Assembly (NCBI GenBank): GCA_965197425.1
Contig: CBDANC010000012.1
Coordinates: forward strand, 96,001 to 160,000
Source: Bdellovibrionales bacterium
GTDB taxonomy: Bacteria; Bdellovibrionota; Bdellovibrionia; Bdellovibrionales; JAUICD01
DNA: 64,000 bases
Direction: 5' to 3'
Shown here: piece after piece, positions 1 through 9,194 of the stretch
How the letters are laid out: each line of letters starts with the position of its first letter
Position numbering within the stretch: the stretch's first letter is position 1
Position numbers and translations under genes: made by a program
Notes under the pieces: model-generated
Told to the model about the DNA's origin: nothing
The model's input: only the letters and a program-made list of their open reading frames with translations
Database searches by the model: none

Positions 1-611
1 ACCAGTGCATTTGAGCCATTTGAAATAGCTAGAGCAGGTGTAGAAACCCTGCTTTGATCTATATATTTTGTAAATCCAATACCAGGAGTTATTATATTAG
101 CATTTTTATATTTAGCTCTTAATGCTCTAGCCTCTAGGCTGGAGCAAACAATTGTATTTAAACCAGACTCAAAAACCAAGTCAGTTAAAATCATAACATG
201 CTCCTCTACATTCAAAGGCTTCCAATTACCCGGAAAATCATCTCTAATACTAGTCAGAACAGTGACACAAGCTATGTGAAAGTCTCTTTTTTTCGAAAAA
301 TCTGTTTCAAGCTTTTTTAATTCTTTCAATACCGAAAGACCACAAGAAGCATGAACTGTAACTATACTAGCACCTAAATCATAACAAGCTTTCACGCTAG
401 CCAGTACCGTGCTTGGAATATCATAAAACTTAAAGTCTAAAAAAACAGGGGCAAGCTTAACAAATTTACTCACATCAGTTTTAAAAAAAAGCCTAGGACC
501 AATTTTAAAAGCCCCAACACAATCAGCTAAACTGTCAGCTAAATCCAAAGCCTTTTTGGGGTCATCTAAATCCAACGCACATATAATTGGATTTTTTAAA
601 TTTAAACTCAT
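1..611 (-). CDS. pyrF: Orotidine-5'-phosphate decarboxylase (3' end outside window)
   Basis: Hand translation: MSLNLKNPIICALDLDD...FKIGPR...VFLDFKFYDIPSTV (DxKxxDIPxT motif). ATG overlaps the proS stop. Confidence 0.93.
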   Translation of the reverse strand, partial: MSLNLKNPIICALDLDDPKKALDLADSLADCVGAFKIGPRLFFKTDVSKFVKLAPVFLDFKFYDIPSTVLASVKACYDLGASIVTVHASCGLSVLKELKKLETDFSKKRDFHIACVTVLTSIRDDFPGNWKPLNVEEHVMILTDLVFESGLNTIVCSSLEARALRAKYKNANIITPGIGFTKYIDQSRVSTPALAISNGSNAL

Positions 612-2326
612 GCCTTAAAAACTTTCTCTTTAATAACAGAAACTATATCATTAACACTGACCGAATTTCTCTTAAGAGTTTTTCTATCTATTAACTCCAC
701 CTCTTCTTTATCAAAAGACCTTTTACCTAGATTAATTCTATAAGGAATACCCAATAAATCTGCATCATTAAACTTAACCCCTGCTCTTTCATCTCTATCA
801 TCCAACAACACTTCAACATCAGAATCCAAAAGTTCAGAGTATATCTTATCAACACACTTCGATACCTTAGAATCCTTAGCATCTAAATTACAAATATGTA
901 CATGATATGGGGCAACCCAAAGGGGCCAAATAATGCCCTTATCATCGTGACTTTGTTCAACTATAGTCTGCATTGTCCTAGAAACACCGATTCCATAACA
1001 ACCCATTTCAAAAAATCTGCTTTTTTGATCTCTATCCGAAAAGGTAGCATTCATAGCCTTGGAATATTTAGTACCTAAATAAAATATATGACCAACCTCA
1101 ACTCCCCTGTGCTCTTTGTATTTCCCTTCACAAACAGAACATACATCACCTTCCTTGGCACAAACTAAATCAAAAAACCCTTCTATATCAAAGTCTCTTT
1201 TGTAGTTAACATTTTTTAAATGAACTCCATCCTTGTTAGCGCCAGTGACAAAATTTGTCATATTTTGAAGTGAATAGTCTAAATATGTCTTTACACCATC
1301 TAAACCAACAGGGCCCCAACTGCCAGGAACACTACCTGTCAACTCCTCGACCTCTTCGTCAGACATCAGCTGCACATCACTATCCAAAACCTTACTTAGT
1401 TTTAAGGTATTTGCCTCATCTGAACCTCTCAATAAAACCAATATAGGTTTTCTATCCTTGTCATAGAAAAACATGCTTTTAACTAATACGGGTGGAGTTT
1501 CCACATCTGATTCATCTACTTTTAAAAATTTTCCAAGCTGGGCAATAGTTCTAATACCAGGTGTATCAAAACTTGAAATTTCTAATAGGTTAGATCTGAC
1601 ATCCTTAACGAGTTTACCAACAGGAGCGATCTCCATATTGTAAGCATGAGAGTTACATAATAAAATTGTATCCTCACCTGCACTGGTCACCGCATGAAAT
1701 TCATGTGACTGATTTCCACCAATGTTTCCTGTATCTGCTTCAACCACTTTAAAGTTTAAACCAACTCTATTAAAAATTTTTGAATATGCTTCGTACATTT
1801 TCTGATAACTAACTTGAGCAGCGTCTTTGTCTACATCAAAACTATAGGCGTCTTTCATTATAAATTCTCTACATCTCATCAAACCAAACCTAGGCCTTAT
1901 CTCATCACGATATTTGGCCTGAATATGATAAATATTTTTAGGTAGATCCTTATAACTCTTAATTTCACCTCTAACTAAATCAGTAACCACTTCTTCATGT
2001 GTAGGGCCTAAACAAAATTCCTGATTATTTCTGTTTTTAAACTTTAAAAGAGACTTGCCCATCACACTCCATCTGTCAGCTTCATCCCATAAAGATTTAG
2101 GCTGAACCATAGGCATCAAAACTTCAACACAACCAGCATGATCTAGCTCAGCTCTAATTATATCTCCTATCTTATTTAAAACACGTAAGGCCATATTATG
2201 ATATGTATAAATTCCAGGAGCTACTTTTCTAATAAAACCAGCTTTCAACAAAAGAGCTTCACTAACCAATTCCACATCAGAAGATACATCCCTCCTGGTA
2301 ACTATATGAGAACTAGACCACTTCAT
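608..2326 (-). CDS. proS: Proline--tRNA ligase (bacterial type with editing domain)
   Basis: LGPTHEE, KYRDEIRPRFGLMRCREF, GCYGIGVSR motifs. Confidence 0.98.
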   Translation of the reverse strand: MKWSSSHIVTRRDVSSDVELVSEALLLKAGFIRKVAPGIYTYHNMALRVLNKIGDIIRAELDHAGCVEVLMPMVQPKSLWDEADRWSVMGKSLLKFKNRNNQEFCLGPTHEEVVTDLVRGEIKSYKDLPKNIYHIQAKYRDEIRPRFGLMRCREFIMKDAYSFDVDKDAAQVSYQKMYEAYSKIFNRVGLNFKVVEADTGNIGGNQSHEFHAVTSAGEDTILLCNSHAYNMEIAPVGKLVKDVRSNLLEISSFDTPGIRTIAQLGKFLKVDESDVETPPVLVKSMFFYDKDRKPILVLLRGSDEANTLKLSKVLDSDVQLMSDEEVEELTGSVPGSWGPVGLDGVKTYLDYSLQNMTNFVTGANKDGVHLKNVNYKRDFDIEGFFDLVCAKEGDVCSVCEGKYKEHRGVEVGHIFYLGTKYSKAMNATFSDRDQKSRFFEMGCYGIGVSRTMQTIVEQSHDDKGIIWPLWVAPYHVHICNLDAKDSKVSKCVDKIYSELLDSDVEVLLDDRDERAGVKFNDADLLGIPYRINLGKRSFDKEEVELIDRKTLKRNSVSVNDIVSVIKEKVFKA

Positions 2327-2362
2327 TTTTTATAGCCTCCTTTAAGTAAGTTCCTTAGCTAT

Positions 2363-2712
2363 AGCATGAAACAGCCATGATGACAAAAAGCAAAGCTTCC
2401 CTTATTTGCCTCGTTCGGAAGACCTTACGGAACAGGATCAGCATCGTGTCCAGAGCTGGGCAACCACTCAGTCAAAAAACCGACCGCAGGGAGGTTATTT
2501 CAATTGGATAATATAAAGATTTATCCCGTGAGCCAATTGAACCAAAGTGAACAAGTCCACTTATTTTTGACTTCGTTCGGAAGACCTTACGGAACAGGAT
2601 CAGCATCGTGTCCAACGCTGGGCAACTATCAAGTTAAAAGATGTCTTGGTTACATTTAGACTTCGTCTTACATTTCACCAATCTATCTTTTAACTTGATT
2701 AGGAAGACCTTG
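2363..2712 (+). repeat. Family A palindromic repeat cluster (tandem units; 64-bp module at 2480-2543)
   Basis: GGAAGACCTTACGGAACAGGATCAGCATCGTGTCC twice, GCTGGGCAAC, 15-bp inverted repeat ATCAAGTTAAAAGAT/ATCTTTTAACTTGAT. Confidence 0.92.
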
Positions 2713-2716
2713 AATA

Positions 2717-3211
2717 TTACAACAAACTGCCAACATTTAAACTGTGAAGTTTTGAAGAAAGGTGGCGCATATGAATTGCAGCCTTGGCTATATCCTCGCC
2801 CCTATTTCCTTTCTCACCTTCAATCCTATCTAGTGCTTGCTGCTTATTTTCTACTGTTAAAACTCCAAAGATAATAGGTTTTCCATGTTTTAATTGAACT
2901 TGTATACATCCGTTTTCCAAAGCGCGGCAAACACTATCATAATGACTGGTTTCACCTCTAATAACAACACCCAGTGCTATGACAGCATCATACTCTCGAT
3001 GCTCAAATACCCATTGCGAAGCAAGGGGTATTTCCATTGCTCCTGGCACTTCATAAGAAGAATACTTTATATTATTTTTCTTCAAGACCGTCTTAACATT
3101 ATTATAAAGCTTATCAGTTAGATCAACATTAAACATAGACTTAACAATTCCAAATGAATATTTATCAACCCTGTTTTTTCTGCTTTTTGATTTTTTTTTA
3201 TAAAAGTACAT
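2717..3211 (-). CDS. ribH: 6,7-dimethyl-8-ribityllumazine synthase
   Basis: VPGAMEIP, LGVVIRGETSHYD, FGVLT; GGAGG before the ATG. Confidence 0.96.
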   Translation of the reverse strand: MYFYKKKSKSRKNRVDKYSFGIVKSMFNVDLTDKLYNNVKTVLKKNNIKYSSYEVPGAMEIPLASQWVFEHREYDAVIALGVVIRGETSHYDSVCRALENGCIQVQLKHGKPIIFGVLTVENKQQALDRIEGEKGNRGEDIAKAAIHMRHLSSKLHSLNVGSLL

Positions 3212-3359
3212 CAGGCCTCCACAAGCAAATTTTTGTCTGACACAACTTTATCACTTTTAAAAAAAAATGTAATGAATATAATCTTAGTTTTGGACCTTAT
3301 GACAATATACAAAATGCCAAATTTTATAGTAGAGCAAACGGATAGTCAGGCAGTTAAGT

Positions 3360-3548
3360 TACGGAATTATACTCGTGTCCAAAGCTGGGCAACCACTCAG
3401 TCAAAATAAGTGAACAAGTCCACTTATTTTGACTTCGTTAGGAAGACCTTATGAAACTGGATCAGCATCGTGTTACAGTGCTGGGCAACCATTCGGATAA
3501 AAAAGTAGGCGAAGCCTCCTTATTTTTATCCGAATTCAGAAGACCTTT
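3360..3548 (+). repeat. Family A cluster, two tandem units lacking the 64-bp module
   Basis: GCTGGGCAACCA(C/T)TC, variable hairpin, then GAAGACCTT, twice. Confidence 0.9.
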
Positions 3549-3551
3549 AAA

Positions 3552-5375
3552 TTAACTTTCTAGCATTTTAAGAATATGACCCATTTTTTCTTTTTTAGCA
3601 CCCATATATTTTACATTGTGTTTATTAACTTTTATTTCAATGGGTATTACTTTGGAAATTTCTAATCCATAGCCATCTAGACCAACTTTTTTGGACGGGT
3701 TATTGGTCATTAAATTAATTTTTCTAACTCCAAGCTTACGGAGTATTTGAGCGCCGATACCGTAATCTCTTTCATCAGGCCTAAAACCTAAGTGCATATT
3801 AGCTTCTACAGTATCCAACCCAGAATCCTGCAAAACATATGATTTTATCTTGTTCACAAGACCAATACCTCTACCTTCTTGTCTTAAGTACAAAACAATA
3901 CCACTGCCGTTTTGATCTATTTTGTTTAAAGCATGTTTTAGCTGTTTGCCACAATCACACCTTTGACTTGAAAATACATCACCAGTCATGCATTGTGAAT
4001 GAACCCTAATAAGAACAGGGGTGTCCTTTTTGATCTCGCCTTTCTTAAGCACAACATGTTCTGCATTATCAATGGTAGTCTTAAAAACCTTAAGCTGAAA
4101 CACGCCACAACCTTCAAGGGGAAGATCACAACTACAAGCTTCATAAACCAGGCTTTCATTCTGAATTCTATAACGAATTAAGTCTGCAATACTACCAATT
4201 TTAATCTCATGTACCCTGGCAAATTCCACTAAATCTTTCATTCTAGCCATCTGACCATTATCTTTCATAATTTCACATACCGTAGCAGAAGGAGTAAGCC
4301 CTGCTAATTTCACCAAATCAACACTTCCTTCAGTATGACCTGCCCTTTTTAATACACCACCATCAATTGCTTTTATTGGAAAAATATGTCCCGGGGATAC
4401 TATGTCAGTAGGACTTGCTTTCGGATTGCACAATGCTCTTATAGTTGTTGCTCTATCAGCAGCGGAAATCCCAGTTGTAACACCCTTGCCCGCCTCCACA
4501 CTCAAAGTAAATGCGGTGTTATTATGTGAAAAATTAGACCCTTCTTCTACCATCAATGGCAAGTGCAATCTCTTAGCTTGCTTATCGGTGATAGACACAC
4601 ACACTAAACCTCTTGCATGCTTCACCATGAAATTCACTTTATCAGAAGTTATAAATTCCGAGGCAACCACAAGATCACCCTCATTCTCTCGCTCTTCATC
4701 ATCAACCAATATAACCATCTTGCCTTGCTTAATATCTTCCACTAACTCTAAAGTTGTATTGAGTTTTAATGAAGAAGACTGTTTCCTAGCCTTGTTATAA
4801 GCCAGGCTAGGAGAGTAATGGGATGTTGAAGCTGTAGAATCGCTATAATTTGGTTCTATATTTACCAGGCTTCCTACTTTTAAAAATCTTAGGTTTGTTC
4901 TTTTTAAAGTTTCGGGAATTATATGTAGGTTTACTTTATTGTTATCAACTTCATTTATCGTTAGACTTACACCATTTATGGATATACAAGATTTTTTATT
5001 AAGCTCCACTTCATCTGGCAGACTTACTTCTAAATCTAATGTAGCCTTATGCCCTTTTACTGATGTTACTAAGCCGGTACAATATACATGGCCGGTTACT
5101 AAATGGCCGTTTATTCTATCACCATATTTAACAGCTCTTTCTAGGTTTAGTACATCTCCTGTTTTATAGCTCTTAGCCACATCACGTGTAACTTTTGATA
5201 CAAAAAATCCAACCTCTTCTGAGGTTAAATAATCTATGGTTAGGCAAACACCATCAACTGATATGCTGTCGCCCAATTTTATATCACCAAATTCCCTAGG
5301 CCTTTTAATCATAAGCCTACAAGAATTGTCTATTTTTAGTACAGATGATGTCTGCTCTATTATACCGGTAAACAT
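3552..5375 (-). CDS. ribBA: Fusion of riboflavin synthase with DHBP synthase/GTP cyclohydrolase II
   Basis: N-terminal MFTGIIE and GHLVTGHV (riboflavin synthase), then VDDEERENEGD, RAGHTE, RVHSQCMTGD...RCDCG. Confidence 0.93.
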   Translation of the reverse strand: MFTGIIEQTSSVLKIDNSCRLMIKRPREFGDIKLGDSISVDGVCLTIDYLTSEEVGFFVSKVTRDVAKSYKTGDVLNLERAVKYGDRINGHLVTGHVYCTGLVTSVKGHKATLDLEVSLPDEVELNKKSCISINGVSLTINEVDNNKVNLHIIPETLKRTNLRFLKVGSLVNIEPNYSDSTASTSHYSPSLAYNKARKQSSSLKLNTTLELVEDIKQGKMVILVDDEERENEGDLVVASEFITSDKVNFMVKHARGLVCVSITDKQAKRLHLPLMVEEGSNFSHNNTAFTLSVEAGKGVTTGISAADRATTIRALCNPKASPTDIVSPGHIFPIKAIDGGVLKRAGHTEGSVDLVKLAGLTPSATVCEIMKDNGQMARMKDLVEFARVHEIKIGSIADLIRYRIQNESLVYEACSCDLPLEGCGVFQLKVFKTTIDNAEHVVLKKGEIKKDTPVLIRVHSQCMTGDVFSSQRCDCGKQLKHALNKIDQNGSGIVLYLRQEGRGIGLVNKIKSYVLQDSGLDTVEANMHLGFRPDERDYGIGAQILRKLGVRKINLMTNNPSKKVGLDGYGLEISKVIPIEIKVNKHNVKYMGAKKEKMGHILKMLES

Positions 5376-5520
5376 GCCAACCTCTTACAAGTCCGAACAG
5401 CATACAACCATTACGACTCAAGGTCTAGTTTTTGGGCTATAATTTGAACAAGTTTTCTTTGCTTGACACCATTTTAGTAGAATATAATGGTAAAAAAATC
5501 CCTAAACTGGAAAAGAGGTT

Positions 5521-6348
5521 ATGATGGATGACAACAAGAAACCAGAAGATGTGAAAGAACAAGAGATAAAGGACAAGAAGTTAAAGGGCATAAGCACAAA
5601 AGGCAAATTTGCCAGTGCTTTTTTTATCCTATGCCTTACCACCGTTATGGTTTCCTATCAAAACTGCGGAATGGTGGCCACATCTTCCATGTCTAAAATA
5701 GACTTTACAGATGTTAATAACTGTGGTGTTGCTCAGTTTGACATGCAATCTCTTGGATTACCAGGGACTGTTCAAATTGGAGTGCAGTATGTTGCTTCAA
5801 GCCCAGTAGCTTTTATAAGCTTTCCACTTCCAGGTGCTGGAGGAATTATGAGCGCAAACGGAAGTATTGACGACATACCAGGAGCTACTTGGTATACTAT
5901 GCCTGATCCTCCAACATACCAAATAGAAATCCCTGTTGACTCTGTGGCTACCCTGACATACGAGGAAAGACAAAACAAACTTCCTAGTAAAATAAAATCA
6001 GATGGTACCCATGAAAACAAAGGCCCATATTTGTTTGGCTTTGACAGACAAGTTGCGGATGTTAAGAATCTAACTCTTGATCAATACAATAACCTTGATG
6101 GGAGATTGTATTATAGAAATAGCAGACCACAAACTCTGGGCTTACTGGTAATGTCAGAGGATTTACCTAAGTTGCCATTAATCCAAGGTTTTTTACAAAA
6201 CATAACCCCCAGTAAAACACTTGAAAAGTGCGACCAAACTATAGGTCATGTCGCCTATATTATGGTAGAAGATGAAGATGAAGATGATCAATACCAAGCT
6301 AACAACGGTATTTACCTTTCTATAAAACTTGACAACTTAGTTCAATAA
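5521..6348 (+). CDS. Hypothetical lipoprotein
   Basis: Hydrophobic stretch ending VSYQNC, resembling the F/YQNC lipobox seen in Bdellovibrio proteins. Confidence 0.6.
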   Translation: MMDDNKKPEDVKEQEIKDKKLKGISTKGKFASAFFILCLTTVMVSYQNCGMVATSSMSKIDFTDVNNCGVAQFDMQSLGLPGTVQIGVQYVASSPVAFISFPLPGAGGIMSANGSIDDIPGATWYTMPDPPTYQIEIPVDSVATLTYEERQNKLPSKIKSDGTHENKGPYLFGFDRQVADVKNLTLDQYNNLDGRLYYRNSRPQTLGLLVMSEDLPKLPLIQGFLQNITPSKTLEKCDQTIGHVAYIMVEDEDEDDQYQANNGIYLSIKLDNLVQ

Positions 6349-6363
6349 AAAAGGAATGTCAAA

Positions 6364-7110
6364 ATGCCAAGGAAAAGAAAAAAGAAAGTTAAAAAGAAAT
6401 CACTAAAACGAAAAACTACAACCAAAAAAAAGACTATAAAAAAAGTCAAAGGAAAACCTACAAAAAAGGTTAAGAAAAAGTCCACTAAAAAGAAAACTAA
6501 GAAAGTAATCAAAAAGAAAATCAAAAAAAAGTCAAAAGTAACTAAAAAGAAAGCTAAAAAAAAACTTAAAAAAAAAGCTAAGAAAGTAACTAAAAAGAAA
6601 ATTAAAAGAAAACCTACAAAAAAGGTTAAGAAAAAGTCCACTAAGAAGAAAATTAAGAAAGTAATCAAAAAGAAAATCAAAAAAAAGTCAAAAGTAACTA
6701 AAAAGAAACCAAAAAAAACAACCACTAAAGCTAAAAGTAGCAAAAAATCTTCAGCAAAGAAGAGGGCAGAAAAAAAAGACACAGCCTCAAAAAAGACTAT
6801 AAAAAAAAATGTAGGGAAAAAGCCTGCTGTAAGATCACTAGAAGAGATCAAAGCAGATGAATCTACCACTATATTTTCCAAAGATATTTTACATGCTGAT
6901 GACCCTAGAGTTAAGGCGCAATATGACCCATACGATGAAGCAGACGACTTTGGTGACAACGAAGATTTTAAAGCTCAAAGCTTTCGCAATGATGATCTTT
7001 TTGATGATGAGGAATATGCACAAGATTTTGAACCTGAATATGAACAACTTGATGAAGAAAAAGATATAATATCAGATTCAGATAATGAAGAAGACGAAGA
7101 TTTTATATAA
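6364..7110 (+). CDS. Lysine-rich histone H1-like protein with acidic C-terminal tail
   Basis: ~150 aa K-rich region with an internal duplication (period 156 bp), then a D/E-rich tail. Confidence 0.7.
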   Translation: MPRKRKKKVKKKSLKRKTTTKKKTIKKVKGKPTKKVKKKSTKKKTKKVIKKKIKKKSKVTKKKAKKKLKKKAKKVTKKKIKRKPTKKVKKKSTKKKIKKVIKKKIKKKSKVTKKKPKKTTTKAKSSKKSSAKKRAEKKDTASKKTIKKNVGKKPAVRSLEEIKADESTTIFSKDILHADDPRVKAQYDPYDEADDFGDNEDFKAQSFRNDDLFDDEEYAQDFEPEYEQLDEEKDIISDSDNEEDEDFI

Positions 7111-7350
7111 CAAGGTCCATTAACGAACAGCAAATAATTCTGGCTCCGCCAGATTTTTGCTGTGAGTGACTGTTCCCTGGTGGACCTCACAGCCGATCCA
7201 GTTCCACAAGGTCTTCCGAACGAGGCAAAAACAAGGAGGCTTCGCCTACCTTTTTTGCCAAGTGGTTGCCCAGCTCTGGAACAAGATGCTGATCCCATTA
7301 CTAAAGGTGAGCTTAATGAGGCTATGCCTGTTTTGATCCGGCATTCCGGG
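7111..7350 (-). repeat. Family A cluster, reverse orientation
   Basis: CAAGGTCTTCCGAACGAGGC...GTGGTTGCCCAGC...GATGCTGATCC; hairpin shared with 25596-25644. Confidence 0.88.
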
Positions 7351-7351
7351 A

Positions 7352-7843
7352 TCATGTATTTTTCCATAATTGGTATAGAAAGCCTCCTAGCACATCTGCC
7401 TCTTCTATTAGTTCTTTGTGGTCTATGAGATCTAGTATAGCTTGCGTTTCTCTGAGCGAGTCTAAGCTTATTGCATAGAATCTTTTTCTATCTTTTGCTG
7501 TAGGTTGGTTCAATTGGCTCACGGGATAAACCTTTATATTTTCCAATTGAAATAAACTCCCTGCGGTCGTTTTTGCACTTCCCTCCGCAAGGTTAAGTAG
7601 AACACTCAAAGTAGCTCTTTGGAATTGGTTTTTGAGGGGTTCTTTTAGCCAAAGTTTTTTTGATTCTCGATAAAACTCTTTAGCTATTTGGTATGTTTTT
7701 AATTTTTTTGGAAAAATTAAAGATACTACCGGTTCCTGGTGGCGGATGCCAGATGCAGATAACGGATCCCTGACTGCCGGGTTGCCTGAATACCTATTAT
7801 AATCTGTTAAGTAATTTTTGGTATATATTTCCAAATCCACCAT
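7352..7843 (-). CDS. Four-helix-bundle protein (23S-IVP/Avd-like), copy 1, with a 22-aa in-frame insertion; true start uncertain (core begins ~7715)
   Basis: YQIAKEFY...LKNQFQRATLSVLLNLAEGSAK...RKRFYAISLDSLRETQAILD; paralog at 22489. Confidence 0.82.
   Translation of the reverse strand: MVDLEIYTKNYLTDYNRYSGNPAVRDPLSASGIRHQEPVVSLIFPKKLKTYQIAKEFYRESKKLWLKEPLKNQFQRATLSVLLNLAEGSAKTTAGSLFQLENIKVYPVSQLNQPTAKDRKRFYAISLDSLRETQAILDLIDHKELIEEADVLGGFLYQLWKNT
7505..7570 (-). mobile_element. 66-bp MITE-like module inserted in-frame in the four-helix-bundle gene
   Basis: Absent at the homologous site of the paralog (22621-22631); related copies at 2480, 19808, 25513 (degenerate), 25777, 54135. Confidence 0.9.
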
Positions 7844-9194
7844 TACTCATAATTAACACTATATCGTTGGGATTAGCATTTTGTAAAATTATAGAAATTG
7901 CTGCTTCAACATCTTTTGCCCTAAATGCAGAGACAACTCCAGAATTTTTAATATCATTAACTAGCAACTCAGTATCCAACAAACTTGTGTCACTAGGTTT
8001 TGCTATTACATCACAAATAATGCAAAACTGTGAGTCACTAAAGGCTTTGAAATATTCTTTTTGAAACACACTCCCCCTGGATGTAAAAGATCTAGGCTCA
8101 AAAACTGAAATTACCTTTCCCTTACATTGTTGTTGAAAAGCATCAATAGCATGTTTAACAGCTGTGGGGTGATGTGCAAAATCATCAATGATTGTGATCT
8201 TGTTTTTTACTCCTACTACCTCAGCCCTTCTTTTTACACCTTTAAAACTCAAAAAAGCTTTTTTGATGGATTGTGAAGAAAGCCTTAACTTTTTTGATAA
8301 AATATAAACCGCAGTTGCATTTAAAATATTATGCCTACCAAACATTTTTAATTCTATTGTTTCCTTAGAATTATTATGGTTTATGGAAAACTGTACACCT
8401 TTATTTTTTATGCAAATATCCTCAATCACATAATCTGCATTTTCAAATCCATAAGTTATGGCTTTGGTATTTGCCTTTTCCAAAACGCCCAATACATTTT
8501 TATCAGCATAAGCCACAATCAACCCATCTTTTTGAATTTTTAGAAGCGATAAAAATGCACTCTTAACCGCATCAATGTTGGGGTAAATATCTTGGTGATC
8601 AAATTCTATAGAAGTTAAAATTAAATGGTTGGGTTTATAGTGCATAAATTTAGGAATTTTATCAAAAAATGCACTGTCATACTCATCACCCTCTATAACA
8701 AAATATTCAGCTCCAATACTTGTTTTAAGTTGCTTAGAAAAATTATTACACACACCACCTATAAAAAAATCTACATTTTTATTAGAAGAATCCAAAACCC
8801 AAGACATAAGCGAAGCGATAGAAGTCTTGCCATGAGTTCCTGCTATTACAATATTTTTGGTTTCAGACATAAACGATTCACCTACCAGGCTGGCAAAACT
8901 GGTATAAGCAATATTACTGGATAAAAGAGCCCTTGATTCTTCATAGTTTTTTGTCATCACATTTCCAACAACCACAAGATCAGGGTTATGAGATAAATTT
9001 TCTCTTTTAAAACCTTGCATAATATCAATACCAGCATCAGCTAATCTGAGAGACATTGGAGGATATACATCTGTGTCACTACCTGTAACTTTAAAACCCA
9101 AATTTTTAAGTTCACAAGCAAGGCTTGCCATGGCAGTACCACAAACTCCCATGATATGAACCTTTGAACCTTTTTTTAAATCTCGTACATTCAT
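7797..9194 (-). CDS. mpl: Murein peptide ligase (Mpl, MurC family)
   Basis: GVCGTAMASLA, AGTHGKT, EGDEYDSAFFDK, DDFAHHPTA, FEPRS, MSNGGFG. Confidence 0.93.
   Translation of the reverse strand: MNVRDLKKGSKVHIMGVCGTAMASLACELKNLGFKVTGSDTDVYPPMSLRLADAGIDIMQGFKRENLSHNPDLVVVGNVMTKNYEESRALLSSNIAYTSFASLVGESFMSETKNIVIAGTHGKTSIASLMSWVLDSSNKNVDFFIGGVCNNFSKQLKTSIGAEYFVIEGDEYDSAFFDKIPKFMHYKPNHLILTSIEFDHQDIYPNIDAVKSAFLSLLKIQKDGLIVAYADKNVLGVLEKANTKAITYGFENADYVIEDICIKNKGVQFSINHNNSKETIELKMFGRHNILNATAVYILSKKLRLSSQSIKKAFLSFKGVKRRAEVVGVKNKITIIDDFAHHPTAVKHAIDAFQQQCKGKVISVFEPRSFTSRGSVFQKEYFKAFSDSQFCIICDVIAKPSDTSLLDTELLVNDIKNSGVVSAFRAKDVEAAISIILQNANPNDIVLIMSNGGFGNIYQKLLNRL

Noticed and set aside
2363..2712. CRISPR array
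   Set aside because: Units are long, irregular and dispersed in both orientations, with no constant-length spacers and no cas genes in the window.
5463..5488. Sigma70 promoter TTGACA...TATAAT
   Set aside because: The spacer is only 14 bp.
6342..6959. Phe-rich 205-aa minus-strand ORF
   Set aside because: Antisense shadow of the lysine-rich gene.
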